Below are positions 25,833 through 36,344 of a DNA stretch of 64,000 nucleotides, piece by piece. Made by a program: the position numbers and the translations under genes. How positions within the stretch are numbered: position 1 is the stretch's first letter; each line of letters begins with the position of its first letter. This DNA comes from Longimicrobiales bacterium (lineage in GTDB: Bacteria; Gemmatimonadota; Gemmatimonadetes; Longimicrobiales; Gaopeijiaceae), in assembly GCA_965225805.1 (NCBI GenBank), contig OZ245327.1, positions 1,604,603-1,668,602 of the forward strand. The letters are read 5' to 3'. Below the pieces are notes generated by a model, which was not told the origin of the DNA, did not search any database, and saw only the letters and a list, made by a program, of their open reading frames with translations.

Positions 25833-26561
25833 CTGGTCACCCTTTCGCGATCACCCCATTGATCACCCTTTCGGTACTGGAACACACCGAACGTCCTGGA
25901 ACGGCAGTATAACATAAGTCACGGTACGGCAACATGTTCACCCATCTTATCGGACTTCCTGAAACCCCGCTGGATCATGCAGTGGCGGAGCGGCGCTCAG
26001 GCATCACGCCGCACCGGCGCGGGGGGAAGGGGGCGGCGCCCCCAAGCGCGACCTCCACGGGAGCGCGACGCGCGGGGGGTTCGAAGGGGGGGCGGGAGCC
26101 ATCCCCTCGCCAGCCCCGTTGTATGACAACGGGTAGGCTGGCTGAGCCACCTAACAGTGGCTCAGCCAGCCCTGCGGACGACCTCGAAGCCGCTCACGGA
26201 GCGCCGCTCGAAGACCGGGGATCGGAGACGGTTCGGCACCTCGCCGATGCCGCGCGGCGAATCGGTGCGAGGCATATCCGACCGAGTCCCGCGTGTTCGA
26301 CCTCGCTCTGGTCAGGAGCCGCTACCGGCAGTTCTATGGACCCCGGTCGGGCAAGGTCGTGCTGCGAATTTGACGGATAGGGTCGGCGGGTCCCACCTCG
26401 CAGACAGGGGGGACGCGCACCGTGGTCGAAAGAAGCCGAGGTGCTGTCGCCGGGGGGGCGGGGTGAGGTTGGGGGCCGACGAAACCGCCCTTGGACAGGG
26501 TGGGAGATCGCCCGGTTGGACTTGTCTCACGTCCTTCCACACCCGCAACTTCGTCCGCACC

Positions 26562-26747
26562 AGATCACGAGTGCCACGCGGAACCGCCAGTCCATCGACA
26601 GCGACGCCTGGAGCAGTGCGTCGTACTCCGCCTGGGTGAGAATCACGCGCGTGAGGTTCTTCTCCTTCGGCACCTTGAGGCCTCTCAGGGGGTTGGATTC
26701 GAGGAGGAGTCTTCCCTCCTCGTCCCTCCGACTTCGCGGCCAAGTAC
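26562..26747 (-). pseudogene. internal fragment of the island integrase family
   Basis: Own translation SRRDEEGRLLLESNPLRGLKVPKEKNLTRVILTQAEYDALLQASLSMDWRFRVALVI aligns with residues about 170-235 of 18480..19640. Confidence 0.7.
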
Positions 26748-26783
26748 AGTAGCGCCCGCTGGCGCCGAGGGTGGACAGCCTGG

Positions 26784-29282
26784 TCAGCGGCTTTGCCGAA
26801 TCCCGGCGGTCAACGTTCTAGGCAATCCCGGCCTTGCTCCCGCTGGCCTCCGCGCAGCGACATAGCGGGCGTCGGCCAGGTTTCGTACTCCCACATACAA
26901 ACTGCGACTATTGGACATCCTGTACTCGCCGGTCAGGTTCAGCACGACGAAGCGGTCGATTCGCTCGTTGCCGGGGATCGGACCCTGCCCCGCCCGCGCG
27001 CGGGCCGCCGCCGATCCCCAGAGGTCGAAGCCCACCGACCAGCGGTCACCCTCCACCGCGATGCTCGCAGCATATTGATGCTCGGGAAGGTAGGGGAGTT
27101 TGTCGTTCCGGGAAACCTCGCCCCACGCGCCGAATTCGCTCTCGAAGTCTGTGCGGAATTCGGCACGCGTGAAAGTGTAGGATGCGCCTACGGGTGTGCG
27201 CAGTGAAGGCACCTCAAGGTGGGGATCAAACTCGACGGAGAGCTCGAGGCCGACGATGCCGACCTGCCCGCCGTTGAAGAGATCGCCCGCGCCACTCTCC
27301 CCTGTGGCGAGTGTGCCGCGGCCCAGGATGTTCTCGTAGTCGGTGTAGAAACCGGTTGCCTGCGCGGTCATCGAGGGCTTCCGCACTTGGGCTCCGAGCT
27401 CGTAGTTGATGCTGCGCTCCGCCTCCGTTCGCTCATCAGCCCCTGGGCCGCCGGCGCCAAACCCTCGATGGATCCCCCCGTACAGGTGCGTCGAGGGAGT
27501 CGCCTCGACCGAGACTCCCACTCCGGGAATCCAGGCGGCGATCGTGTTGTCCCTGACCCGGGTGGGAGCCGAGCGGCCCGGGTCGTCCTTTGCGTAGTCC
27601 GTGCGCCGGAAGTCGACGTCCTCGTACCGAATACCGGGCACGACGAGCCACCTTCCAATCTCGATCTGGTCCTGGAGGTGAAATGCCACCGCGCTCGCCT
27701 CTCCCACCCGGTTCGTCTGAGAGCCCGGCGCCCCTTCGGAAGTCAGCACCATCCGCTGCGCGGTCATGCGATACCCGTCCTCCCACTGGAACCGATCCTC
27801 TTCGTCCGTGTGAACGCGCACTCCCAACTCGACGTCGTGACTCATCGCCCCCGTCTCCAGATGAAGACCCGCAATGAACTGGAGACCCTGAGAGAGGTAC
27901 TCCCGGTTGTTCGCCCTGACGGCCAGCGCGTCCGGGCCGGAGTCGGCTCCCCGCAAGATATCGAAAGCCGCGCGATGATTGCCGGCATCTCTGAGCACAC
28001 TGGAGATCGAGGTCCCCAGCACGCTCTGAAGCTTGTACCAGTTGCGGGCGAAGCTGTTGCGATACAGCGTCGTGGTGAAGTCCAGGTGCCTTCCGAGCCT
28101 CAGAAAGTGGCGGATCTGAATCTGGGAGTGCTCGGCGTCCATGATATCGGGTTCGGAGGCGACATAGCGCTGGAGGGCATCCCGACGGAAGTCGTCGTCC
28201 AGGAGTCCGAGGTAGGTCTCGTTCGACACTTCGTCGGTGTATCCCACCTTGATCTCCACCTGCTGGTAGACCGTAGCGGCCTGGCGAGAGTTGAGTCGCA
28301 CCTTCGCCACGTAATCGCCTACCCTGAATCCCGTGTTGCCACCCTGGGGCAGTCGCTTGTACCCATCCGTTCCTATCTGGTAGGTCTCGACCATCCAGCC
28401 GACGTGCTCGCTGGATCCTCCGGCTCGGCCGATCCCCTTGAAAGTCGAACCGCTTCCACCGGCCACGTCCAGAGACCAGCCGAACTCGTCGGGAATCCCG
28501 GTGGAAATGAAGTTGATCGCCCCGCCGATCGTGCTGGGACCGTATCGGATCTGGCTGGAGCCCTTGCGCACCTCGATCGCCTGCATCCGGCCTACCACGG
28601 GGAAGTAGTACGCGGCGGGCGCGGAGTACGGAGCGGGCGCGATGAGGACACCGTCCTCCATAAGGGTGATCTTGGCGCTTCGCTCAGCACCCGTGCCGCG
28701 GATACCTATGTTGGGTCGAAGTCCGTACCCCTCCTCTTCGCTCACATTGACCCCGGGGACCTTGCGGAGAAAATCGTGCACGTCGTCGAAGGCGAGGTTC
28801 ATGGCACTCATGGCCGAACGGCTCAAGTAATGCGCCGCTCCCGGGACGTGGGGATCCGCTCCCACCATCCGCATGCGTGTTTGAAGCACCAGGATCGGGT
28901 TGAGGGCGATCGGCTCGGCCGTGAGCGCGACCACCAGCTCGATGCGATCGCCCGGCTCGATCCGCACTTCCTCCGTGTGACGCCTGTATCCGATCCGTTG
29001 GAACTGGATCGAGACAGTGCCGGCAGGGACATTTATCAGCCCGTAGTGACCGTGTTGGTCCGTCAGGGTCTTGATCCTCGTTCCGGCGATTTCCACGGTG
29101 ACTCCCGCTAGCGGTGCACCGTGCTCGGCGGTCTTGACCTCTCCCGCCACGAAACCCCTGGCCAGTGAATCGGGCTCCTGACCCCCGAGTCCGAAGGGGA
29201 CGGCACCCGCAGCGAGGACAGAAGGGAGAAGCGCGCGTCCCAGCTTGACCGACTTGGCAAGCGCCGACAGGTACATTGACAT
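26784..29282 (-). CDS. TonB-dependent outer-membrane receptor with N-terminal carboxypeptidase-regulatory-like domain
   Basis: 832 aa with a signal peptide. GEVKTAEHGAPLAGVTVEIAGT...TDQHGHYGLINVPAG (CarbopepD_reg-like), then plug and beta-barrel, ending in an aromatic-rich barrel. Confidence 0.8.
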   Translation of the reverse strand: MSMYLSALAKSVKLGRALLPSVLAAGAVPFGLGGQEPDSLARGFVAGEVKTAEHGAPLAGVTVEIAGTRIKTLTDQHGHYGLINVPAGTVSIQFQRIGYRRHTEEVRIEPGDRIELVVALTAEPIALNPILVLQTRMRMVGADPHVPGAAHYLSRSAMSAMNLAFDDVHDFLRKVPGVNVSEEEGYGLRPNIGIRGTGAERSAKITLMEDGVLIAPAPYSAPAAYYFPVVGRMQAIEVRKGSSQIRYGPSTIGGAINFISTGIPDEFGWSLDVAGGSGSTFKGIGRAGGSSEHVGWMVETYQIGTDGYKRLPQGGNTGFRVGDYVAKVRLNSRQAATVYQQVEIKVGYTDEVSNETYLGLLDDDFRRDALQRYVASEPDIMDAEHSQIQIRHFLRLGRHLDFTTTLYRNSFARNWYKLQSVLGTSISSVLRDAGNHRAAFDILRGADSGPDALAVRANNREYLSQGLQFIAGLHLETGAMSHDVELGVRVHTDEEDRFQWEDGYRMTAQRMVLTSEGAPGSQTNRVGEASAVAFHLQDQIEIGRWLVVPGIRYEDVDFRRTDYAKDDPGRSAPTRVRDNTIAAWIPGVGVSVEATPSTHLYGGIHRGFGAGGPGADERTEAERSINYELGAQVRKPSMTAQATGFYTDYENILGRGTLATGESGAGDLFNGGQVGIVGLELSVEFDPHLEVPSLRTPVGASYTFTRAEFRTDFESEFGAWGEVSRNDKLPYLPEHQYAASIAVEGDRWSVGFDLWGSAAARARAGQGPIPGNERIDRFVVLNLTGEYRMSNSRSLYVGVRNLADARYVAARRPAGARPGLPRTLTAGIRQSR

Positions 29283-29915
29283 GTCGATGTCCTCTTTTGG
29301 GAAACGCGATGGCGGTGCAGCGGAAGAAGGACCTCAATCTACCTGGCCCGGCAAGCCCGGCAAGGCTGCTAACAGTGCTCACCGGGGCGTCGCGAGCAGC
29401 TCCTCGGCGCCGCGGTCGCGTTCCGCCCTGCCTCTACCCCTCGGGAACGCGAGATCGTCGATCCTGGGCGATCCCGCAGCCCGAAGGTTACCCGAAAACG
29501 CCCCGGAACCCGCAGAAACGGCCTCTGAGCCGCGTCTGGAAGAACGCTGGGTTTGTAACACGCGCAACGCCCTGCTGGTTTGGACCTGCCCCGCTTTCAC
29601 GGACGGTTGGTTCTTGGGGTAGATGTTGTCTGATGCGGTTTGCCTCTCCCTGGCGGAGAGGGGCGGCGGGATCGGACCCTCGTTCGGATGGCGGGTCTCC
29701 CGGCGTCCGAACGAGGGTGGGCAAGCGAAGCGAGGCAGGCCGGCACGCGAGTCGGCGCCGCGAGATCACGGATCCGTGGCTGGCCGGGATGCTGGCACGA
29801 AGCCCATCGCGCAGGTGCGGGAACGTGGTGAGGACGATCCGACGCATCATCGCCGCGGAGGCGTAGGGCGTGCTTCGCCTGCAACCGCCGCAGCTTCGGC
29901 TGGCGGCGGTTCCCC

Positions 29916-29954
29916 CCGTCTTCCCACCGGGAGCCAGTCCCGGTGGGAAGACGG
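29916..29954. other. perfect 17-bp-stem hairpin, preceded by a second imperfect hairpin at 29883..29912
   Basis: CCGTCTTCCCACCGGGA-GCCAG-TCCCGGTGGGAAGACGG. No T-tract on either strand, so a terminator role is unproven. Confidence 0.3.
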
Positions 29955-30089
29955 AGGTTATGTTCCTACTGGGCCTGGTCGACAACACCGGGTCTCAAGA
30001 GGCATCCTCGAAAGCTTGAGAAACCACCGGAATCCACCCCCAAAACGCCTCGGGCCGTCCAACGAAATAGGACCGCCTCCGTGTGGGCC

Positions 30090-30205
30090 GATTCCCGCCA
30101 ATCGAACCCGGTTTTCCTGCCATCGCGGCCCGACGTAGTCAGATACTGGTCAACGGCAAGAAACGCAGATCGTGCAGTCCTGTATGACGTTAGAAGATTT
30201 CCTGC
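30090..30205 (+). repeat. junction element copy B (5' part; interrupted by the group II intron, 3' part at 32266..32293)
   Basis: GATTCCCGCCAATCG...CAACGGCAAGAAACGCAGATCGTGCAGTCCTGTATGACGTTAGAAGATTTCCTGC, then the intron, then CGCGATTTAGGTCACCTGTGATCCGCCG. Collinear with uninterrupted copy C. Confidence 0.85.
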
Positions 30206-32265
30206 GTGCGCCGTGGAAAGGCGCGCCTTCCTTGCGGGTGCAAATCCCGCCCGGCAACTGTCGCTCCAGCCGGTAGCAACCGGAGCGGCTCATGGAGGTA
30301 ACGACATGGGTTGAAGCACTTCGGTACGGGCCGCGCACGATACGCGACACCCTACACGGGCACGAAGCTGGAAACGGCGGAGACGGCCAAGGGAGGAGCT
30401 AAGTCGGAAGGCGGTTCAGCGACCACGCGGGCCGAAACGCGAGTGAACGCCGAGCAGGCCTCGAAACATCAAACGCGGGAGCCGACCCTCCGCAAGAAAG
30501 GGGAAGGCCGCCGACTGGCCGGGAAAAGAAGAGCGACGGGACAACCGGCTGGTTTCCGCCGGGGTAGTGGCGTCGGCACGTGTGGAAGATGGAGAGTGTG
30601 GCAACACGGGAAGCCCCGTCGGTGCCGTGGCACGCGGCAACCGGAACCCCGCGAGGGGCAGGCCGGGCCGGCAGGGTGGCGGATGGGCCCGTAGTACCGG
30701 GGACGCGGGGTAATGCCCGCCGAGGGAAGGGGCCCTGAGTTGGGAGCGGTACGGAAAGGAGGCAGGGACATGGCCACTGGCGCGAGCCTAACAGGGTCGG
30801 TGAGCGTTCGGAAACTCCAGACCGTGCTACATGCGAAAGCGAAGGAAGAACCCGGACAGCGCTTTCACGCCCTTGTCGACAAGGTATGGCGGGAGGACTT
30901 CCTGCTGGCGGCATGGGGGATGGTGCGGCGCAACGGCGGAGCGGCTGGAGTGGATGGTGAGACGGTCGCGGACATCGGGGCGCACGGAGTGGAGCGCTGG
31001 GTCGGGGAACTGTCGCGGGACCTGAGGGAGGGCACCTACAAGCCGAGTCCGGTGCGGCAGGTGCTCATTCCGAAGAAGCAGCCGGGGAAGTTCCGTCCCT
31101 GGGCATCCCCTGCCTGAGGGACCGGGTTGCGCAGACGTCGGCAATGCTGGTGCTGTCGCCGATCTTCGAGGCGGACCTGGAGCCGGAGCAGTACGGATAC
31201 CGGCCGGGACGAAGCGCCAAGGACGCGGTCAGGCGGATCCACCGCCTGCTGCACACGGGCCGCAACGAGGTAGTCGATGCGGACCTCTCGAACTATTTCG
31301 GCGAGATACCGCACACCGAGTTGATGAAGAGCATCGCACGGCGCGTGAGCGACGGGCGGATGCTTGGACTCATCAAGGCGTGGCTGGAGATGCCGGTGGT
31401 CGAGGAGGACGGTGAAGGCGGCACGCGCCGCACGAACCGGGCGCGGAAGGAGAGAAAGGGGACTCCGCAAGGGGCTCCGATCTCGCCGCTGTTGAGCAAC
31501 ATCTACATGCGGCGGTTCATCCTTGGCTGGAAGGCGCTGGGTCATGCCCGGCGCTTCGGTGCGGAGATCGTGAACTATGCGGATGACTTCTGCGTGCTCG
31601 GAAGGGCCCCGGCGGCGGAGATGCTGGCGGCGGTCAACCGGCTCATGGAACGACTGAAGCTACCGGTCAACGCCCGGAAAACCCGATGCCTCCGATGCCC
31701 CGAGGAGCCTCTCGAGTTCCTTGGATATCGCATCGGCTGGAACTATCGTCGGACGGATGCGAGCCGGTACATCGGTACCCGGCCGAGCAAGGCGAGCGTT
31801 CAAAGCATACGCCGCAGGATCCGCGCGCAAACGGCCCCACGGTACGAGGGCTGTCCAGCAGAGGAGGTTGTAGGGCGCCTCAATCGGATGGTATCCGGAT
31901 GGGCAAACTACTTCACACTCGGCCAGGTCAGTCCGGCCTACGCGGCTGTGGATACGTACGCGGCCCAGCGGTTGCGACAGTGGTTCTGCCGGAAGCACAA
32001 GGTGAAATCAGGAAAATACGTGCGATTTTCCCACTGGTGGCTGTGGGAGGAATGCGGCCTCACGCGCCTTGCGCTGACGACACGACACCTTCCGTGGGCG
32101 AAGGCATGATCCCGACTGAGAGCCGGATGCGGGAAACCCGCACGTCCGGTTCGATGAGCAGGGGGTGGAAACGGACCTATGGGAGCCGGACTTGGCACCG
32201 CGCGAAAGCAAGCGGATCAAATACACACCGGACCCTAAGGGCACCGCGCCACCCCCTGACTCCAC
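30206..32265 (+). mobile_element. group II intron (about 2.06 kb)
   Basis: 5' GTGCG at 30206. Domain V GAGCCGGATGCGGGAAACCCGCACGTCCGGTTC at 32117..32149. Ends ...TCCAC. Boundaries are fixed by comparison with the intron-less paralogous site at 42431..42445. Carries an RT/maturase ORF. Confidence 0.8.
30770..32109 (+). pseudogene. group II intron reverse transcriptase/maturase, frameshifted near 31097
   Basis: MATGASL...GVDGETV...KKQPGKFRP then a stop. One extra C would restore ...[29 protein letters not shown], which joins ORF 31144..32109 (NYADDFCVL = YADD motif; maturase X domain). Confidence 0.8.
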
Positions 32266-32329
32266 CGCGATTTAGGTCACCTGTGATCCGCCGAAGCGGC
32301 AGGCGGACGAAGCCGCCGCAGGACTCGCG

Positions 32330-33289
32330 ATGTACGAGCCCAACGGCAAGGCCGAAGCCGAGCACGAGCCGCTCACCTTGGAAAGGCTTTTTGACATCTA
32401 CGGTGAAGAGGTGACGCCCAACAAGGCGTATACGTCCCGCATGCACGACCGGGCGGCGACGGCGACGTTCCTCGACTTCCTCGGACGGGACCGAAGACCC
32501 GAGACGCTGTCGCGGAGGGACTGGGACCGGTTCATACGGGCGCGGCGCGCGGGAAGAGTCGGTCCGAGCGGCCAGCCCGTGTCCGACCAGACCATCCACG
32601 GAGACCTCACGTTCCTGATGGCGGTGCTCAACTGGGCCGCGAGGTCGAGAGACGAGCACGGCCGCCTGCTCCTCGACAGAAACCCGCTCAAGGGTCTCAG
32701 GAAGCCCGTCGAGAAGAACCCGGTTCGCGTAGTCGTTACGGACAAGGAATACCGGGCGCTTCTGAAGGTGTCCCGCCGGGTCGGCTGGCGGTTCCACGTC
32801 GCGCTCGTGCTCGCGCACGAGACCGGGCACCGAATCGGGGCTATCAGGAACCTCAGGTGGGCCGATATAGACCTCGACCGCGAAACCATCCGGTGGCGCA
32901 GCGAGCACGAGAAGACCGGATACGAGCACCGGACGCCGTTGTCCGCAAAGGCACTCGCCGTTCTCAAGCAGGCGTGGAAGAGGAGCCCCGGGATCGGGGA
33001 CGCGCCGGTGCTGCCCTCGGCGACCCGTCCCCTGAAAAGTGTGAGCCCGTCGCAGCCGCGCGTCTGGTGGTGCAAAGCCGAGCAACTCGCGGGGATTGAG
33101 CGGAAGCGCCGCAGGGGTTGGCACTCGCTGAGGCGCAAGTTCGCCAGCGACTTGATGGATCAGCCGCTGAAAGTGCTCTGCGAACTCGGCGGCTGGAAGA
33201 ACGCCAAGACGGTGCTCAACTGCTACCAGAGGCCGGACGAGGGACAGCTTCGGAAGGCTCTGGAAGCCCGCCGCGGGGCGCGAGACTAA
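32330..33289 (+). pseudogene. island integrase lacking about the first 65 codons (homology starts about 32294)
   Basis: ...KRQADEAAAGLAMYEPNGKAEAEHEPLTLERLFDIYGEEV...HETGHRIGAIRNLRW...GWHSLRRKFASDL. The N-terminal MARTKR...RDW block is replaced by junction element B plus the intron. Confidence 0.7.
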
Positions 33290-33449
33290 GAGTCTCGTTT
33301 GGCGGGAATCAAACAGCGGGAATTCGATCCCAAAATCCCGTAAGTTCAAGTTATCACGAGAGATCCCAGCCTCGGGATCAACGTCGGACCATCTAAGCGG
33401 ATGCGGGATTGTCGCGCGTCGGGATAGTCTTCGTGTCTTGGGTGAGCCG

Positions 33450-34739
33450 TCAGTACAGTTCGTACACCTCCACGCGCTCGACGCCAAGATCGTCGGTGGA
33501 TATGACGGTCAGCCTCCCGTCGCTGATGTGCTGGATGCGAAGGCTGGCAGGGCCCGTGACCTGGCCCAGGAAGCTGCCGTCGGCGCCGAAGACATCTCGC
33601 GCGACCGTCTCGGCGCCTCGAATCGCGAAGCGCCGCGCCCAGATCTCGCCGCTGTCGGCGATAAGCAGCGAGTTCCAGGCGGGGAGCCGATCGGGCATGG
33701 GCATCTCTTCGTAGCGGCGCAGGGCGGCCTCCACCTGGGCGTCGTCCATAGGCTCGCGGTCGCCGGTGGAGCCGCGCACCCAGGCTTCGAGGTGCGCGTC
33801 GGTGGGGACGGACGGCTCTTCGGCGAGGCGCACGATGCGCTCAAGGGTGCCAAAGGGGTCGTAGAGGGAGAATTCGTAGGACCGGCCCGTGGTCACGGCC
33901 ATGCGCCCTTCCGGGGAGGCGGTGGCGGCGGGGGCGGGCGAGAAGGGCACCCGCATGATCTGGATCGACATGTTGGTGCCGCTACCCTGGACGGAAGTCT
34001 GGGTGGCCTGACCGGGAACTGTCGCGACGGTGTCGATCAGGGCGCCCGCCAGGTCGTGCCGGACCAGATACTCGGGTCTGCTTCCGAGAGGGTCCGATAT
34101 CGATTCGAGGGCGTCTTCCAAGCTCGAGACGCCCTCCAGCGAGGGGAGGTTCAGGGATTGCACGCGGCTGAGGAAGGCGCCCGGCCCTGCCAGCCGGATC
34201 GGGCGGATCATGGGCCGCTCGCCTGGGCCCTTGAAGCCCGCCGTTGCCAGCAGTTCGCCGTCCGTGTCGAAGCGGGTGATGCGGTTGAGCCGCGTGTCTA
34301 CCGCAACGATGGCACCGTCCGCCGTGGGCCAGGCTCCGGCGAGCGCCCGGAACTCGCCCGGTCCCTCTCCCTCTCCCCCGATGGTTTGGAGGTGGGCGCC
34401 GTCGGCATCGAAGATACGGATCTCGCCGATCTGCCCGTCGGCGACGATCAAGTTGCCCGCGCCGTCGACCGCGACCGAGGCGATGCGCCCGAAGAGCACC
34501 GCGACGGGGCCGTCGATGGCACCGATGGAGAGGACCGGTTCCGGGACGATGGTGGCGTGGACGGCGTCGCCGGGCGGATTGGTGACGATTGCGACGCCCG
34601 CTGAGTCGGTGAACTGGGCTGGGGTGGGCAGGGGTTCCCCGTTGTCGCCGCAGGCGGCAAGGGGCGCCAGCGCACCGCATAGCCACGCGCCGGTCGTGTG
34701 GAAGGGCCGCCGGAGCCGCGGCAATCGCTCTCTTCTCAT
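33450..34739 (-). CDS. 6-bladed beta-propeller-like lipoprotein
   Basis: Start taken at MRRERLPRL...LAPLAAC (lipobox). Repeated VAVDGAGNLIVADGQIGEIRIFDADG / AIVAVDTRLNRITRFDTDG type blades. Track ORF 33450..35132 is over-extended. Confidence 0.55.
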   Translation of the reverse strand: MRRERLPRLRRPFHTTGAWLCGALAPLAACGDNGEPLPTPAQFTDSAGVAIVTNPPGDAVHATIVPEPVLSIGAIDGPVAVLFGRIASVAVDGAGNLIVADGQIGEIRIFDADGAHLQTIGGEGEGPGEFRALAGAWPTADGAIVAVDTRLNRITRFDTDGELLATAGFKGPGERPMIRPIRLAGPGAFLSRVQSLNLPSLEGVSSLEDALESISDPLGSRPEYLVRHDLAGALIDTVATVPGQATQTSVQGSGTNMSIQIMRVPFSPAPAATASPEGRMAVTTGRSYEFSLYDPFGTLERIVRLAEEPSVPTDAHLEAWVRGSTGDREPMDDAQVEAALRRYEEMPMPDRLPAWNSLLIADSGEIWARRFAIRGAETVARDVFGADGSFLGQVTGPASLRIQHISDGRLTVISTDDLGVERVEVYELY

Positions 34740-34821
34740 CCTGTGGTTCGTTTGCATTTGCCCTCTGTGGACGGGTGGGATGATCGTCGCACTCCTCTTG
34801 GGACGCGGGGACGGCCGTCGC

Positions 34822-34930
34822 GTTTGCCTTCCCGCAAGGGATCCTTGGTTCGAGAGCGACGCCTGGGGGGTGAAAGAACACCTGGCCCCGAGCCCGTGCC
34901 GGGCCCTCGAACTGGGGGACTCCCCACCAT
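34822..34930 (-). repeat. structured repeat M1, degenerate copy 3
   Basis: The reverse complement GGGGAGTCCCCCAGTTCGAGGGCCCGGCACGGGCTCGGGGCCAGG...GGCGTCGCTCTCGAACCAAGGATCCCTTGCGGGAAGGC aligns with 53883..53998. Confidence 0.6.
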
Positions 34931-35815
34931 TTGTCAACGCTTCTGGAAGCGGGGCTGTAACCCCGCGTCCAAGGAGGAGATGAGGCGGCATGACTCTCTG
35001 CAGGTTGAGCACGTCCGGGTCATTAGCATGGCGCAAGCGAGCGCGAGCAGATGGCCACGGCCGCGCCGGAGGCACCCACCGCACGGGGAGCCGGTCCGTG
35101 TGAACGTTTTCCGGCTTCCACCGGGACGTCACAGTGACGAAAATTTTCGTAGAGCATGATAGCCGACGATTCGCCGGATGTCAACGAGGGTCTTCGTAGG
35201 AGGCGCTCAGGTCCCGCGATGGTCGGTTTTTTGACTACCATGATATGCGACGGCGGCGGCGGGGCGGATGTCGTCGGCCCGACCCCAACCGGGCTTATAT
35301 GAAGGCCGCCCAACGGGCTGGCCCTCAGTTTGACTCGTCTTTTTACCCCGGAGTATCCTGGCTAGTTCGTCATCTTCGATGGAGCACGGCCTTCCCGGCC
35401 TGACGCGGCAGGGCGCGATCGCGGAGCGGAACCCCGAACTGGTTGATCCAGCGGATCACATCTCCGCAGGTCGTCTCAGAAAGATGGATGGCGCGAGCCG
35501 TCTCGTAGACGGACAGTCCGCCGCATGAGAGAAGGCGAGGGAGGTCCGAGGGATGGATGCAAGCAAAGACGCCCCACAGGTGCCCGCGCTCGGAGGCGGA
35601 AGGATCGGCCGAACGGAAGATCCGCTCTAGCGCGAGGCCGTCAGGGCGACCGGCGACGCCGGCGAGGTGAGTGCCTGCAAGCCCGGCAAAGAACTTGTAG
35701 GATTCGCCCGCCCGCGCGGTTGGCGGGGCCTTGGCGCGGGGTTGTCGAACCACGCCAGCGGAAGGGGCACCTGGGGGAGGCGCCGCTCGGGGTCGTAGGC
35801 GAGCCGACGCAAGGG

Positions 35816-36245
35816 CCGGGGCGGACCCTCCGGACTTGGCGGCGATCCACTCGGCCATCTCCGCCAGCCCCGCGCCTCCGTGGCGGAAGATGCGTTCCGC
35901 CCGCTTCGAGCCGTCGCCGCCGACTACGCAGACGTGATGCGCTTCCGACGCCCAGTCCACGCCGGCGAACCAAGCCTTGGGTTCTACCATGCTTCCTCCC
36001 GTGTGAAGGTGTCACTTGACAGCGAAGGCTCTGCCGCGATGCCCGCCAATCCCTGTACTGGCGCTCGATGGCGCAAACTCCCCACTGGGCATCCATCGCG
36101 GCTTCCGGGCCGGGGTACAACTCCCCCGTAGGTGCTCGGTGGCACAGGTATGCTGTGGTTACTCCCGGCCCGGTAGCCTGCCGCTGTTGTTAGAATCTTT
36201 CGATCTAACGCGAAGCATTTGCAAAGGGTACAGGGTATGCTGGCT
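35816..36245 (-). mobile_element. IS110-family fragment: left non-coding end plus the first 58 transposase codons
   Basis: Base-for-base match to 51843..52271 wherever I compared them, including MVEPKAWFAGVDWASEAHHVCVV...AAKSGGSAP. Identity ends after CCCCGG at 35816. The rest of ORF 35370..35990 is unrelated (HTH-like tail). Confidence 0.8.
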
Positions 36246-36344
36246 TGTCTCTCTTAGCGGCGTCCGACAAGCCCGTCCGCGGCATCTTCGGGTGCCCGGA
36301 CTCGACGCGGCGGACCGGCCTTCTCCGCGTGCTCACGCGGCCGC

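Noticed and set aside
29283-29600. Possible cobalamin or TPP riboswitch in the leader of the TonB-dependent receptor.
   Set aside because: Reading the minus strand, I could not find a B12 box (AGYCMGGAGACCKGCC-like), the GGTG..AA.TCC core, or the TPP CTGAGA/ACCTGATCTGGATAATGCCAGCG elements.
33450-35132. Full 560-aa version of the beta-propeller ORF.
   Set aside because: The first ~130 codons overlap the M1 repeat and an oriT-like fragment and have shadow-like composition. A Met followed by a lipoprotein signal at 34739 is a far better start.
35370-35815. C-terminal 148 aa of ORF 35370..35990, with an HTH-like stretch (GLSVYETARAIHLSETTCGDVIRWINQFG) suggesting an IS630-type transposase N-terminus.
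   Set aside because: It is only a short motif-level resemblance. It is fused out of context to an IS110 fragment and followed immediately by a stop, which is too weak to call a feature.
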